Notes under the pieces: generated by a model | Told to the model about the DNA's origin: nothing | Databases searched by the model: none | What the model saw: only the letters and a program-made list of their open reading frames with translations | Made by a program: the position numbers and the translations under genes | Assembly (NCBI GenBank): GCA_963693365.1 | Contig: CAVNZM010000005.1 | Span: 12,175,728 to 12,239,727, forward strand | Length of the DNA stretch: 64,000 nucleotides | Direction of reading: 5' to 3' | Source: Amoebidium appalachense | Lineage: Eukaryota > Protista > Ichthyosporea | In this document: one piece after another, positions 12,927 through 25,325 of the stretch | How the letters are laid out: the number at the start of each line of letters is the position of its first letter | How positions within the stretch are numbered: position 1 is the stretch's first letter

Positions 12927-13161
12927 GCTGCATTGGTGAAAACGGGAAGAGAGAGGCTGTGCAAACGCTACATGTGCCGATTGACTGCCTTGCGGGCGAA
13001 AGGCAAGGGAGGCTGAGAAAGGGACTGCGCTGCGGGGCCGGGGGGGGGGGGGGGGGGGCAGGCTACATTGGTAAAAACAGGAAGAGAGAGGCTGTGCAAA
13101 CGCTACATGTGCAGATTGACTGCCTTGCGGGCGAAAGGCAAGGGAGGCTGAGAAAGGGACT
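12923..13161. repeat. Tandem duplication of a ~105-bp unit separated by poly(G)
   Basis: GGCAGGCT(G/A)CATTGGT...GAGAAAGGGACTGC occurs twice. Confidence 0.85.
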
Positions 13162-13164
13162 GCT

Positions 13165-13198
<34 letters not shown>

Positions 13199-13243
13199 AG
13201 GGGGAGTGATGGGGGGGAGGGGGGGAAGGGGGGAGGGGGGGAA

Positions 13244-13275
<32 letters not shown>

Positions 13276-14983
13276 CTATAGAAAAACACCAAATGGCACA
13301 CACCTGTTCATTTTTTGACGCATAGTACTCCAGGGCCATTACATTGGTTGTTCGGATTGTTGGGGCCATCTTGGCACGTTTCGTAGCTGGGCCGTCCACA
13401 GTCGTGTCGACATCTGATGGCTGATTCCGTTTTCTATGGGGCCTAACCACTGGTGGGCGGGGAGGGGCTTTGCCGTGTTCGTTTGCGCACTTATCCCCAC
13501 ACGCACAACCTTCCTTGCAACCAGCCCCGTTCCTAGCACACGGGCACTTGGAAGAATACTTGTGTTTGGAATTTCCATTACCTCCACACAAAGCAAAATC
13601 GGGCTGCTCCTTTACTGCTACTGGCTGGCCTCGGCCACATTGGCACCCGTTAGCCCGCTTAGGCCCACGACCTGCAGCCATTGTCCCACAGTTACTTAAG
13701 ACCTTTTTTTGTCGGTCCCCCCCCCCCCCCCCCCCCCCCCTGCGCGCGGCCCCCGTGCAACCCGTGTACATGCATCATAATTCATCTAAAGCGGTTTAGA
13801 GAGAGGGTAGGCATGGTGGTTGTGTGGGTGGGGAGGGGAGAGAGGGGGCATCATCTGCGCGTGTTTGTGTGTGAGCGTGTGGGTGGGTGGGTGGGTGGGG
13901 GGGGGGGAGGGGGACGGGTGGTTAGTTTACGCTTGCACTGATGAGTGTACAAGAAGAAACAACGGCAAGTTTTGGTTTATCAAACATGATTTCGCACAGG
14001 TTGCTGTCAAGCTGCAACCGAAAGCACACTTCCTTGCTTGGTATGTGTCTATACATCTCTTAATTAATCCAAATTATATTTTGTGTGTTCTTTGTCATAC
14101 CCCGGGGGGGGGGGGGGGGGGGGGGGGGGGATCCTAATAAGGGTATATATGTGTGTGCGCACGTAGGGACCGGGGGGGGGGGGGGGGGGAGGAGGGTGGG
14201 GAAGAGTGCGGGGGGGGGGGGGGGGGGGGGGATTACGGGAAGGATGCCTTGTAATTTGTTTACCCCATCCATTAAAGACTTCTTGTATCCAATTCGTGGA
14301 AGACAAAAACTTACAATGTGAAAGATAAACAGATGATCCCAGCCCAGAGTAGAAGAAGAAAATGTGTTTGTGTGGGTGTGTGGGTGGGTGTTGGTGGGTG
14401 GGTGTATGGGTGGAGAGGTGGGTGGGTGGGTGGGGGGGGGGGGTGTCATGTGCTGAGCTGATTCGTATTAGTTTGCTTCTATATTTCTATATTAATCAGT
14501 GGTATGGGGAGAACCTGATGCGGCGGCGGCTGATTGTTAAAGGTGCGCGCGTGCATGCACCATGCCTCTGCGTACTCTCCATGTTAAATGTTGTATTGCT
14601 TCTTGCTGTGTGCGTGGCGAGACCCATGTTGCCTGCTCGCGTGTGTGTATGCTTATATGTATTGTGAGTAAACGTGTGTACGTGTTGTAGTGCTGTAGGG
14701 GTGTCTGAGGTCGCGGTAGCCAATGGTGTGGAGTGCGTGTAGTCTGTGGGGGAGGGAGTGTTGTGATTGGCTGAATGTCACTGTGGTATTTGTCTGGCCA
14801 GTGGGCCGCGTGTCTGTGAAGTGTCTCGCGGGGTCGCGGGCTTTTCGAAGTTCTTCTAAGAACACAAAAAACTCGCTTCCCACCCAACTCAAAGAAAAGT
14901 TTATACGTATACACGGTTTCAAGCCCCTTTAAGCGTGCAGTTAGTTAGAGTAGTTTGTATACACTCTGTTTGTAGACACGACA

Positions 14984-15014
<31 letters not shown>

Positions 15015-16958
15015 GGAGAGAGAGAGAGAGGAGGCACCCATAAATGTCGAAGATGCCCTTGGAAGGTCAGCCTGCGCACCAATCAAATCCACTGCAGGGA
15101 GCCGGGAATCTGCCCGTGCAGTGGTGTTGATTCCGCATCCGAAAGTTTCAGTCGGTCGAGCCCTACTTTCCCTATACTCATTTGCTGCTTGCGGATTGGT
15201 AAGGAGATCCTCGTACATATCCGTGATGGGCCGGTACATAACATCGGGAGCAATGATATCACGCACATTCTTCCCCTTATGCTCGGGGTCACGACACGCA
15301 TTGTGATGGTAAAGGACAGTATCGAATAAGGAACATGCGAGCTGGGGGGATATTCGGGTAACGTGCTTAAAATGGATTCGGAGTTTGCGATGCAGGGCCT
15401 CATTTTGGTTGGTACCCTGACCTGCTGGGATATCGCTCAGACATCCCCTCTCCGCATGAACCAGCAAATTACTAATCTGGTCATAGCTATCGTCAGTGAG
15501 AACGGGGACATTGTCGTTATCGACCACAGATGCCCAAGTCTGTTGATACCGGCGTAAATTCGCACATATGGTAGCCGGGTCGGGGGTGTTTTGTGTGCGT
15601 TCCTCGCCCAAATCGCCATCCGCGCGAAAACACAGACCAAAGGCCTTTGCAGCATTGTTAGAATGTGGATGCCTGCGTGGTATGGATCTCGTGAAGCGTT
15701 GGACGGCGTGAAATAAATCCAACTTAATGATGATATCCTCACCAAAAACCGACCGGATTAGTGCCGCTAGTTGGCAGCAATTATCTAAGTAAATAACTTC
15801 AACGGTTTTACCTAGCCTAGTGTTTCTGTCACGAAACTGCTCAAGAACAACCTGATTATAGTCGAAAGCGACTTTGTTGCAGAACTGGTAACTAACAATT
15901 TGCCCATGCTCATTGAGAAGGAAGTACACTGCATCGTATTGTGTGATCCATTTACCATCAGCCATATAGCCGATGCTCATACTTATCTTAAACGTGTGGT
16001 CTGCTGACAGCTTGGTGGCACTGAGTTTGGACATTGCCGTATGGTATGGATGTTGTAAATTATCTGTATAAAATCCCAGCCAAGCATCACGAATATAGTC
16101 ATTGCTGGGGCCGCGGAAAATATCGATTTGTGAAAAAGGTGCGATTATTGTGGCTGCTACTCCCTCGCGACGTTGCTGTAGGAGTGATGGCTGGTGGTTT
16201 ATAATGGACTGCTGCGACGAATCAAACGGCATTTGTCCGAGAAGCATGTTTTGGAATACGAAAAGGTGCGTACGTAACTGCTGATACCGTGTGTGGTATG
16301 TAGTCGAATAATACCGCTGCATGCTCGAGAATGGAATGCCCGAAACCACCTTGTGGCACAAGTCGTTCATGAGGGCTACGGTAATCCCCGCTCGTTCAGT
16401 CAAGTAGAAGGGCATGACACGAGAGAGGAAATTAGGAAGAGCTGACGTCAGAATGGGGTCATACCCCCTGTAACTGTGTTTTTTATTTTGCTTTCCACAC
16501 GTATTGCAACGATAAATGCGGCATATAATATAAATCCGGCTGTTACAATCGTATGCACTGCTGTAAACAACTGTACACATGAACTGTACATGTTTACTAA
16601 AGAATGTGATCTACTAGCACACGATTCGTGCTTTGTCATGAATATCACATAAATATTATGTCCGCACCAATAGGACTCACTCTGACCTAAGAATTGAACC
16701 ATATATGGTTCTTCAGCTGCATACCACATAAACGAAGTGAACCAATAAGAGGTTTGCATAAATAGGACAAAGGTCTGACTGGCTCGGACCGCACCAGAAT
16801 CACGAATGGCATGTTGCCACCCGCGCTGGCCGCGGATGAACCAATCCTGGGCCTTGATCCGAAACCTGGGGGCTATATAACAAAGCCGTCCCAGTACGGG
16901 GATCACATCAGTGAAGTCTGAGACAGACTGAGTCGGCCCATAGTAAAAGCAACCTGGC

Positions 16959-17009
16959 TGACATATACTAATCCGTCTCAGCAGATTAGCCTAAGTCTAC
17001 GATCGAGAT

Positions 17010-17044
<35 letters not shown>

Positions 17045-17685
17045 GGCCCGGGTCCACAGATCATCAAGATCAAGTCCGGGGCCTCAAGATAGCTGTACAG
17101 CTGCGTGCATCTTGCCTCTGCCGGCGCAGGGCATTGGACCACGTCAGCCGGGACAGCCGTCCAATAGAATTCTAATTAGTGTGTAGGATAGATCGTAGGA
17201 GGACTTAGGAATGTCATTGTTCGGGCAGAAGCCCTTTTGTAAGGATTGGCAAGGTTTGATAGTATATGTTGCCAAACGTATTTATATATTTAGATGTAGA
17301 GGAAAGGGGGGGAGGGAGGGGGGGGGAGGATAGTATGAAATGTAGATTTAGACTCTGCGGTGCCACTAGGGGGAGGGTGAGGGGTGAGACTTGGATAAAT
17401 ATATTAGTTGAGTAGATCGACTTAGCTCGTGCAGGCGCACGATAAAAGTAGATCGGAATGTTAATGGAATGTGGCATCGTAGGGGGCCAGGTGATGATGA
17501 TCTTGTAGGGCACGGCCTTGATGGCCTCAGTCGTAACTTAGACTCAATCCGTACGGATCTAAGTTTGCCCGTCGGAGCCTGGTCTTAATAAACTTTACCG
17601 TTTTTCTGTACACGTTCGTTCCTTTTCGTGTGTGTACACTTAGTAGAGTGCCGCGTCTCTAGTACACATACATTAGGATACGACA
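16959..17685 (+). repeat. 5' LTR (727 bp)
   Basis: TGACATA...TACGACA; appears identical to the 3' LTR apart from poly(G) length; AATAAA near 17587. Confidence 0.97.
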
Positions 17686-17774
17686 AGCTACACCTTTCTT
17701 TTAGTGCGGTTTTTCGCGCTAGGGTAACGCGGTGACAGTTCCTTCTGGGCTGTTGCTACACCTCAACCACACAG

Positions 17775-17807
<33 letters not shown>

Positions 17808-17845
17808 ATAAACACAACCACACAAGTTTGGGCACACACCACACA

Positions 17846-19180
17846 ATGGCTCAGTTTAACGTAGACATGTTCTACGCACTGGCAGCGGAGGATAGCTCCC
17901 TGCACACACAGGTACCACAGGTTCATACACTAGACGTTAGACAGACCACAGCTTTCAGTTTTATACTCAAACACGACTCAGAAATACCTAGGTGGCTCAG
18001 GACACTCCTAGCTAACACACCCACACTAGTGCTAGACACAAAGAAGGCCCCCACTGTGGCGGCCTCGTGCTTAATGATCAAACAGTGCATCGACCACAAA
18101 ACAATGGCCGACTTATGCACCCTGATGGAGGAGCACCCGTACCGGGCCGAGCAGGCCCCCCAGGTGACGGCTCGTATATACGAGCAGCAGTACGACGAGG
18201 GAAGGGACGAGATGGTGTCACGGACACTCGGCCAGAAACGTCTGGCCGCACGGTTCATCCCCGACGACGAGGACGAGAACAGCACCGACGACGTGGACGG
18301 GGAGCTCGAGGCCTTCACACGGCCGGAAAACGAGCTCGAGTATACGGCCCGGCTCGTCGGCCGATACCTGACGGCCGACCGGCGCCGTACCTTCCGGGCC
18401 CAGCTCAGAGAATGGAAGTATACCTTTCCCACTTTAGATATGTCCCCCGTAGAAGCTCGTGCATTCTTTGAGAGGGAGTATCGGGTCTTTGAAGACCTTT
18501 GTGAGTTAGCAGGTGACGTGAGTGATAGGGAAAAATTCGAGTTTGCTCGTAAGGCTCTCTCTGTAAACACAGACACTGCACGCATGTTTGGGGAGCATGA
18601 TGATGTAGATGAGGTGGTGTTGCATGTTAAACGTCACTTGCTTGCCATGCACGAGGTGAAGTTCAATAAGAGGGATAAAAAGGAAGTGATGGAAGTAGAC
18701 AAGAAAAAGAAGGAGAGTGGACCGAAGGGGGAAAAAGAGAAAAAAGAGGGTGAACAGCCAGATGCACTCACCATGTTGGTCAAGCAGGTTGCCGAGCTCT
18801 CCCAGGCCGTCTTCTCGGGCCGAGGGGGCTTCGGCTACCGGGGTGGCCGTGGCGGCGACCGAGGTGGACACGGCGGTCGTGGCCGAGGTGGACGTGGAGG
18901 ACAACAGCAGCAGTTCACCGAGAGGTTTGCCCCTTATCTTGCTCGTGGTGCTGGGCAGGGTAGAGGGAGGGGTGGAAATGGTGGTGAGAGAGGCCGAGGG
19001 GGGCAGGGGGGAAGGGGGGGCCGTGGTGCACACGGTGGGCCCCCCCAGCATGACCGGGCTCCCGGTTATGCTTTGCGCCAAGGTTTTGAAGTCCCCCCTG
19101 GCCCCTTCTTTGGTGCATGTTACTTTTGTGGCCGGCAAGGGCACTCTGCTGCATATTGCCGTAGTTACAAGAGCTATTGA
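17846..19180 (+). CDS. gag: Gag with RGG-rich region and CCHC zinc knuckle
   Basis: CYFCGRQGHSAAYC at the C-terminus; position downstream of the 5' LTR. Confidence 0.9.
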   Translation: MAQFNVDMFYALAAEDSSLHTQVPQVHTLDVRQTTAFSFILKHDSEIPRWLRTLLANTPTLVLDTKKAPTVAASCLMIKQCIDHKTMADLCTLMEEHPYRAEQAPQVTARIYEQQYDEGRDEMVSRTLGQKRLAARFIPDDEDENSTDDVDGELEAFTRPENELEYTARLVGRYLTADRRRTFRAQLREWKYTFPTLDMSPVEARAFFEREYRVFEDLCELAGDVSDREKFEFARKALSVNTDTARMFGEHDDVDEVVLHVKRHLLAMHEVKFNKRDKKEVMEVDKKKKESGPKGEKEKKEGEQPDALTMLVKQVAELSQAVFSGRGGFGYRGGRGGDRGGHGGRGRGGRGGQQQQFTERFAPYLARGAGQGRGRGGNGGERGRGGQGGRGGRGAHGGPPQHDRAPGYALRQGFEVPPGPFFGACYFCGRQGHSAAYCRSYKSY

Positions 19181-19212
19181 GTTCCGGGGGAGGGGGAAGC
19201 TGGGGTCACTGA

Positions 19213-22200
19213 GGGAGGGGGGGGGACAGTATCGGTCCCCCCCAGGTTGCAGAGAACCTTCACCCTCCCCCACCCCAGGTTAAGCTTCCCTTTGCCCCCT
19301 CACCGCCCCGATACGTGTGGGAGCCGGGCATCGTCGTGGGTCCTCAAGACAGCGTCGAGGTGGTATGGCATGAATGTTTGTGGGGTGACTCTACCAAAGG
19401 TATGAATGGTGTGAATGTTTTGTGGTTGGGGGAGGTTCCCCAGCCACAAGTGGATGGTCTCAGTGTTTCTTGTCCCAACCCGGTGTTTGTTCTAACCACA
19501 CCGGAGGGGGTTTCTGTGCCATTGTTTCCGGGAGGGGGGGGGACACACACGAGTAAAGGGGGAAGGGGGGGGAAGGCACAGACACATAGAAACACACCAC
19601 CACAACAACATACGACGGTTGCAGACACACCTACACCCACACACACACCCACACATACACCACACACACACACACCACCCACCCACACATCACACACACA
19701 CACTCCACCACCACCCACATCACATACACACCCCACCCCACCCGTGCAGGCACCACAGGTAGGTATGTTGCACGTAGGTATCGAGGGTGTGAGTCTTCGT
19801 GGGCAGGGATTGGGAGTGAGTGATGATGTGTTGCTTGAATTGGAGGAGGATTTAGTTGGTTTTAGCCGGCATTATATAGACGTATGGTTAGCTGATGGTA
19901 AGTTGAAGGCTGTTGCTTTGCTCGATGGAGGGGCTCAGGTTAATTGTGTGCATGCTTCGTTTATTCGTCGTTTTAATCAGGCCGGGGGGGAAATTCCTAT
20001 ATTAGATGCTTCTAGCACAGCCTTAGGTAGTGCTAATAATAGTAGTATGTCTGTGGAAGGTGTTTGTGTGTTGCCGTGTGAGATAGGTGGCCAGGCTATG
20101 CATATTGCTTGTTATGTGGTTAAGGATTTAGCTCAAAGTGTTTTGTTGGGAGCCCCATTTTTCCGTAGACATGTGAATGCTTTGTTTGAACGTACGAATG
20201 TTTTAGAATTGCAGTCCGGCGTTAAAATTAAAACCCATGATGGGCTCGACGGTTATCAGTCTGGTGCTAGAACGGTAGCTGAAGTAGTAATCGAGCCTTA
20301 TCAGTGCCAAACGGTACGTGTCCGGGCCGGCAATCATGTTAGGATAGGGGATTTAGGGGTTTTTACTCCGAAAACCCCATTTCAGGAGGTGGCCCAATGG
20401 ACCCTTAGTAGGGTATGGCCGGATAAGACAATAGAAATAGAATTAGTGAATCCGGGCATCGAGCCTATAGTGATTAGGTCAGGTGTTTCCGTCGGTAGTT
20501 TCACTAATGAGATTGGTAGTATAGAGGTCTCTCTTATTACCCAAAAGGAGGATGCCGGCTCGAAGGGTGACTCAGGAGGAGGGGGAACAACTTTATTTAA
20601 CGTTAGCCACCAAAATGTCACCCGACACGATGGGGGGGGGGACCGGGACAGCACCGGTCCCACTCCCCCGACCCCCAAGAGGAAGGAGGGTCACCCCGGG
20701 TGTGAGAATGTGCAGGCAAGGGGGGAGGGTGTTGGTCTAACCCGTGGATCTGACGGGTTAACCAACACCGTGGGGGGCAGGGTGGCCACAGACCTGGCCC
20801 CCCACATACATGCACTAACTCATCAGGAATTGCCCGGGGGCATTGGTGTGCCGGGGGGAGGGGGGGGTGCTAAGGGTGACCGCCTATATCCGGAGGTACC
20901 TCAACCTCACCCCGAGCAGCACCGATGTAATACAGGAGGTGAAATGTTAAGTGGCACTCCGGTGAATAAGGATGCATCCACTTGTGATGGGGGTAACCCG
21001 GAGTTAGTATTGCCGTTTGGTATGAAGGAGGGGGATTGGACGGTAGAACAGAAAAAATTGCTAGCTAAGTTATTTGATAGGACTCGGTTTGCATTTCTGG
21101 CCGATGATAACGAAGTAGGCTTCGTTAAAGGGTTTGAAATGCAGATCGACACAGGTGATAATAGGCCGGTAGTGATGCCTAGCTATAGAATGGAGCAGTA
21201 TAAATTGTCGGATGCGCTAATAATAGTGAGTGATATGTTAAAAAAGGGTCATGTGGAGCATAGTTCGAGTCCGTGGAGAAGTCCGGTGCTATTGGTTAAG
21301 AAGCCCGACGGGTCTTGGCGCCTAGTGAACGATTACAGGGCTCTGAATCGGATCACTAAGGCAGACCAATGGCCTCTCCCTAACATAGACGAGCAGCTTT
21401 CACAGCTGCACGGCTATACTCACTTTGCTAAACTTGATTTAAAAGCAGCTTTTTGGCAGATAAGGTTGGAGGAGAGCAGCAAGGAGAAGACTGCCTTTGC
21501 ACTGGGTGACCAGCTGTTCCAGTACAAGGTGGTGCCGATGGGTTTGCTCTCCTCTCCAGCTATGTTGTGCCGGGTAATGTATAAAATTCTCCACCCTCAT
21601 TTGGATGTATGCCACCCTTATTTGGATGATGTTTTAATTAAAGGTAGGTCATTTGAGGAGTTAGTTAATAATTGTGAAAAAGTATTTTTAGCTTTGGGTG
21701 AGTCTGGTCTTCGTATTAGCGGTAGCAAGACTGTGATTGGTGTGCCGGAGGTTAAGTTTTTAGGTCATATTGTGTCTAGTAATGGTCTTTCCCCTGATCC
21801 GGAGAAAATCCGGGCCATAGTTGAGTGGCCCCGTCCTCAGACTGTCACTCAACTAAGGCAATTTTTAGGTTTAACTAATTATCTTCGTCGTTATATTAAG
21901 GACTATAGTATGCTTGCTTTGCCGTTAACTAGTCAGACGGGGGGGGAGAAGAAGAATAGAATAGATTGGAATGTTGATGCTGTTTCTGCTTTCGAAAAGC
22001 TTAAGTTAGCTTTGCAGTCTTCGAGTATGCTTGTTCATCCTGATTTTTCGGCCGGGGGGGGATGTTTAAAGTTCGGTGCGATGCAAGTAAGGTTGCTGAG
22101 GGGGCCGTGTTATATCAAGTGCAGGAGGGGCAGGATAGAGTGATTGCTTATGCTAGTCGTTCATTTAGTAAAAGTGAACGTAGATATAGCAATCCGGAGA

Positions 22201-24467
22201 GAGAGTCCCATGCTATCTTTTGGGCAGTCTCACAGGCATGGAGGTATATACTCGCAGGCAGGACGTTTGAGGTCTACACCGACCACAAGCCCTGCCTAGC
22301 CATGGCCGGCACCACTCGTCTGGTCAACGAGAGGATGCAGAAGTGGGCCGCGGCTCTCGGTGAGTTCTCCTATAAATTGTTTTATGCCAAGGGTGAAACA
22401 ATGGTCGACTGTGATGCTCTCTCTCGTGCTGCTTATATTTTGTTTGAAGAAGAGAAGGAGGGGGAGGGGGGGATAGTGAGAGACGGGGGGGGAGGGGGGA
22501 AGGGGGGGGCGAGTGAGCAGAAAGGAATAGATGCTGTGTCTGTGGATGTGTCTTCTTGGGTTCCGGGGTTGCTTGCTTATAAGTGTAGGAGAGGGGGGGG
22601 GAGGTATTTGTCGGTGTCTGAGGTCGGGACCGAGTCTCATGGCTCGGCCCCTGCCTTAGCACCTACGGCTTTGATCTTAGCTCAGGAGGAAGATGTGTTG
22701 ATTGGTCTGGTTAAGAATTATTTAAAGGGGCCGGTTGATTCGATTAAATTTACAAATAAAAGGCAGATGATTAAGGTAGCTAAGTTAGCAAAAATGTGTC
22801 AGGTAGAGCAGGATTTAGTTTATCATTGTTCTGGGCCAGACGGACACCGAGTTTGGGTCCCGACGGCACTTGTGCCTGAGGTTTTGCATATGGTGCATGA
22901 GCATCCCATGGCTGGTCATTTAGGTGTAAATAGGACGTTGCTTCGTGTTAATCGTTCGTATTTTTGGCCGGGTATGAGTAGGGAGGTGAGGGATTATGTG
23001 TTGTCATGCATGCATTGTCAGGAAAGGAATGAGAGTCCCCACTCTCGTTCCCGCCCGTCGTTTATTAGGGATTTTAATGTTCGTATGTTTGAAAGGGTAG
23101 CAGTGGATGTGGTCGGTCCTTTTAATTTTACGGTTGAGGGTAACACTGTTCTTGTTACCGTCACCGATGTGGCCACTCGTTGGGTTGAAGTTTTTCCTCT
23201 CCCCACTGCTAATGCCGTTTTGTTTGCTCGTATTTTTGTGGATGAAATTTGTCTTAGGTTTGGTTGTCCTCGTGTTTTGTTAACGGATAGGAGTCGTGTG
23301 TTTTTAAATCAGTTGGTGTCGGAGGTGTGTAAAATTTTAAGGGTAGCTCATATCACTACGTCTGCATATCACCCTCAAGCAAATGCCATCTCTGAACGTG
23401 TGCATGCAGTGTTTCAGAAGTCCTTTGGCAAAATGGTGGATGTGGAGGCTAATGATTGGGATCATATGTCTAGGTTTATTGCTCATTCATATAATTCTAC
23501 CCCTCATGCTGTGACTGGTTTTTCTCCGTTTTATTTGGTCTATGGGCAGGAGGCTATTAGTTTGTTAGATACGGCACTTTTGCCGATGGGGGGGGCTGAC
23601 CGACTAACTTATCCCCACTGGACTGAGTTCCGGGAGCAGCTACTAACCCGGGCCCGGGCTGCACGTGATGCAGCTCTGGCCCGTACACAGCAGGCACAGG
23701 CACGTACAGACGTGTCCACACGTCCGTTACGTGAATTTGCCGAGGGTACTTTAGTTTTAATTAGGGATCATACTAGGAAGAAGAGATATAAGCAGGAGCA
23801 GGAAGGTAAGGGTGAAGGTGAAGGTCTTCGTAAGTATGGTAAGAAATGGTTGCCTCTTTTTATCGGTCCGTATAAAATAGTGGCTAGGTTAGGTCCGACG
23901 GAATATAAGGTGCAGAGGTTAGATAATGAGAGTGATGTTAGATTTTATAATGTAGATGATATAAAGGAATATTATGATAGGGCCCTTAGGGTTAAACGGC
24001 CGGAGGGCCGTCGAGTGTTAGATGCATTCACCCCCGACTATGACGGGTCGGTGGATGTATCGGAGGCTGCAGTAGATAAAATTATGGATAAAAAGGTTAT
24101 CGAAGGTAAGGAAGGTAAGGTAAATTATTATTTAATTCGTTTTGAGGGAGGTTATCAGGAAGATCAGTGGTTGCCTGAGTTTCATTTGGATTGCCCGTTT
24201 TCTATTCGTGCTTATGAGGCTAGATTAGTGCAGAGGGAGTTGCCTAGTGCTCCCTCTCGGCCAAAGAGAGTTATTCCTCAGTTTAATCGTGGTGTGAAAA
24301 AGTCGGTGGGGGAGGGGGCCGGGGGGGGAGTGATGCAAATACACGTAGACACACGGGGGGAGGGGGAGGGAGGGGAGGAGACCGAGGAGGAGTGTGAACG
24401 TAGTCGTAGGAATTTAATTTATTATCATAGGTGTCTCCGTAGGTATCAAGCTTATGGTGTAGATTAA
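19213..24467 (+). CDS. pol: Pol (protease, RT, RNase H, integrase, chromodomain); one frameshift at the G8 run 22054-22061
   Basis: ALLDGGA (PR); LDLKAAFWQI and YLDD (RT); CDAS...YTDH (RH); H-H-C-C, VDVVGP, TDR, ER (IN); YYLIRFEG...DQWLPE (chromodomain). Confidence 0.95.
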
Positions 24468-24600
24468 TTTATTATTTTTCTTCGTAATTTATTTAATTTA
24501 ATTTTTTTTAGGAGACTGATTAGTCTATGTCTTTTTAGGGGGTGTTAGATGTAATGTGACTGAGGTGGGACTCAGCTTTTCCGGGGGCCGGGGGGGGAGT

Positions 24601-24651
24601 TGACATATACTAATCCGTCTCAGCAGATTAGCCTAAGTCTACGATCGAGAT

Positions 24652-24684
<33 letters not shown>

Positions 24685-25325
24685 GGCCCGGGTCCACAGA
24701 TCATCAAGATCAAGTCCGGGGCCTCAAGATAGCTGTACAGCTGCGTGCATCTTGCCTCTGCCGGCGCAGGGCATTGGACCACGTCAGCCGGGACAGCCGT
24801 CCAATAGAATTCTAATTAGTGTGTAGGATAGATCGTAGGAGGACTTAGGAATGTCATTGTTCGGGCAGAAGCCCTTTTGTAAGGATTGGCAAGGTTTGAT
24901 AGTATATGTTGCCAAACGTATTTATATATTTAGATGTAGAGGAAAGGGGGGGAGGGAGGGGGGGGGAGGATAGTATGAAATGTAGATTTAGACTCTGCGG
25001 TGCCACTAGGGGGAGGGTGAGGGGTGAGACTTGGATAAATATATTAGTTGAGTAGATCGACTTAGCTCGTGCAGGCGCACGATAAAAGTAGATCGGAATG
25101 TTAATGGAATGTGGCATCGTAGGGGGCCAGGTGATGATGATCTTGTAGGGCACGGCCTTGATGGCCTCAGTCGTAACTTAGACTCAATCCGTACGGATCT
25201 AAGTTTGCCCGTCGGAGCCTGGTCTTAATAAACTTTACCGTTTTTCTGTACACGTTCGTTCCTTTTCGTGTGTGTACACTTAGTAGAGTGCCGCGTCTCT
25301 AGTACACATACATTAGGATACGACA
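24601..25325 (+). repeat. 3' LTR (725 bp)
   Basis: Copy of 16959-17685. Confidence 0.97.

Larger units (their letters stand above)
16959..25325 (+). mobile_element. Full-length Ty3/Gypsy chromovirus-like LTR retrotransposon
   Basis: TG...CA LTRs; TSD CTGGC at 16954-16958 and 25326-25330; domain order gag-PR-RT-RH-IN-chromodomain; G-rich PPT at ~24583-24599. Confidence 0.97.

Noticed and set aside
16448-16906. 152-aa minus-strand ORF
   Set aside because: Lies mostly inside the solo LTR and has no recognisable motif.
17214-17513. 99-aa antisense ORF present in both LTRs
   Set aside because: Duplicated only because the LTRs are; non-ATG start and no domain.
22054-22061. Frameshift between RT and RNase H as a programmed event
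   Set aside because: It falls in a G homopolymer; an assembly error or slippage mutation is more parsimonious.
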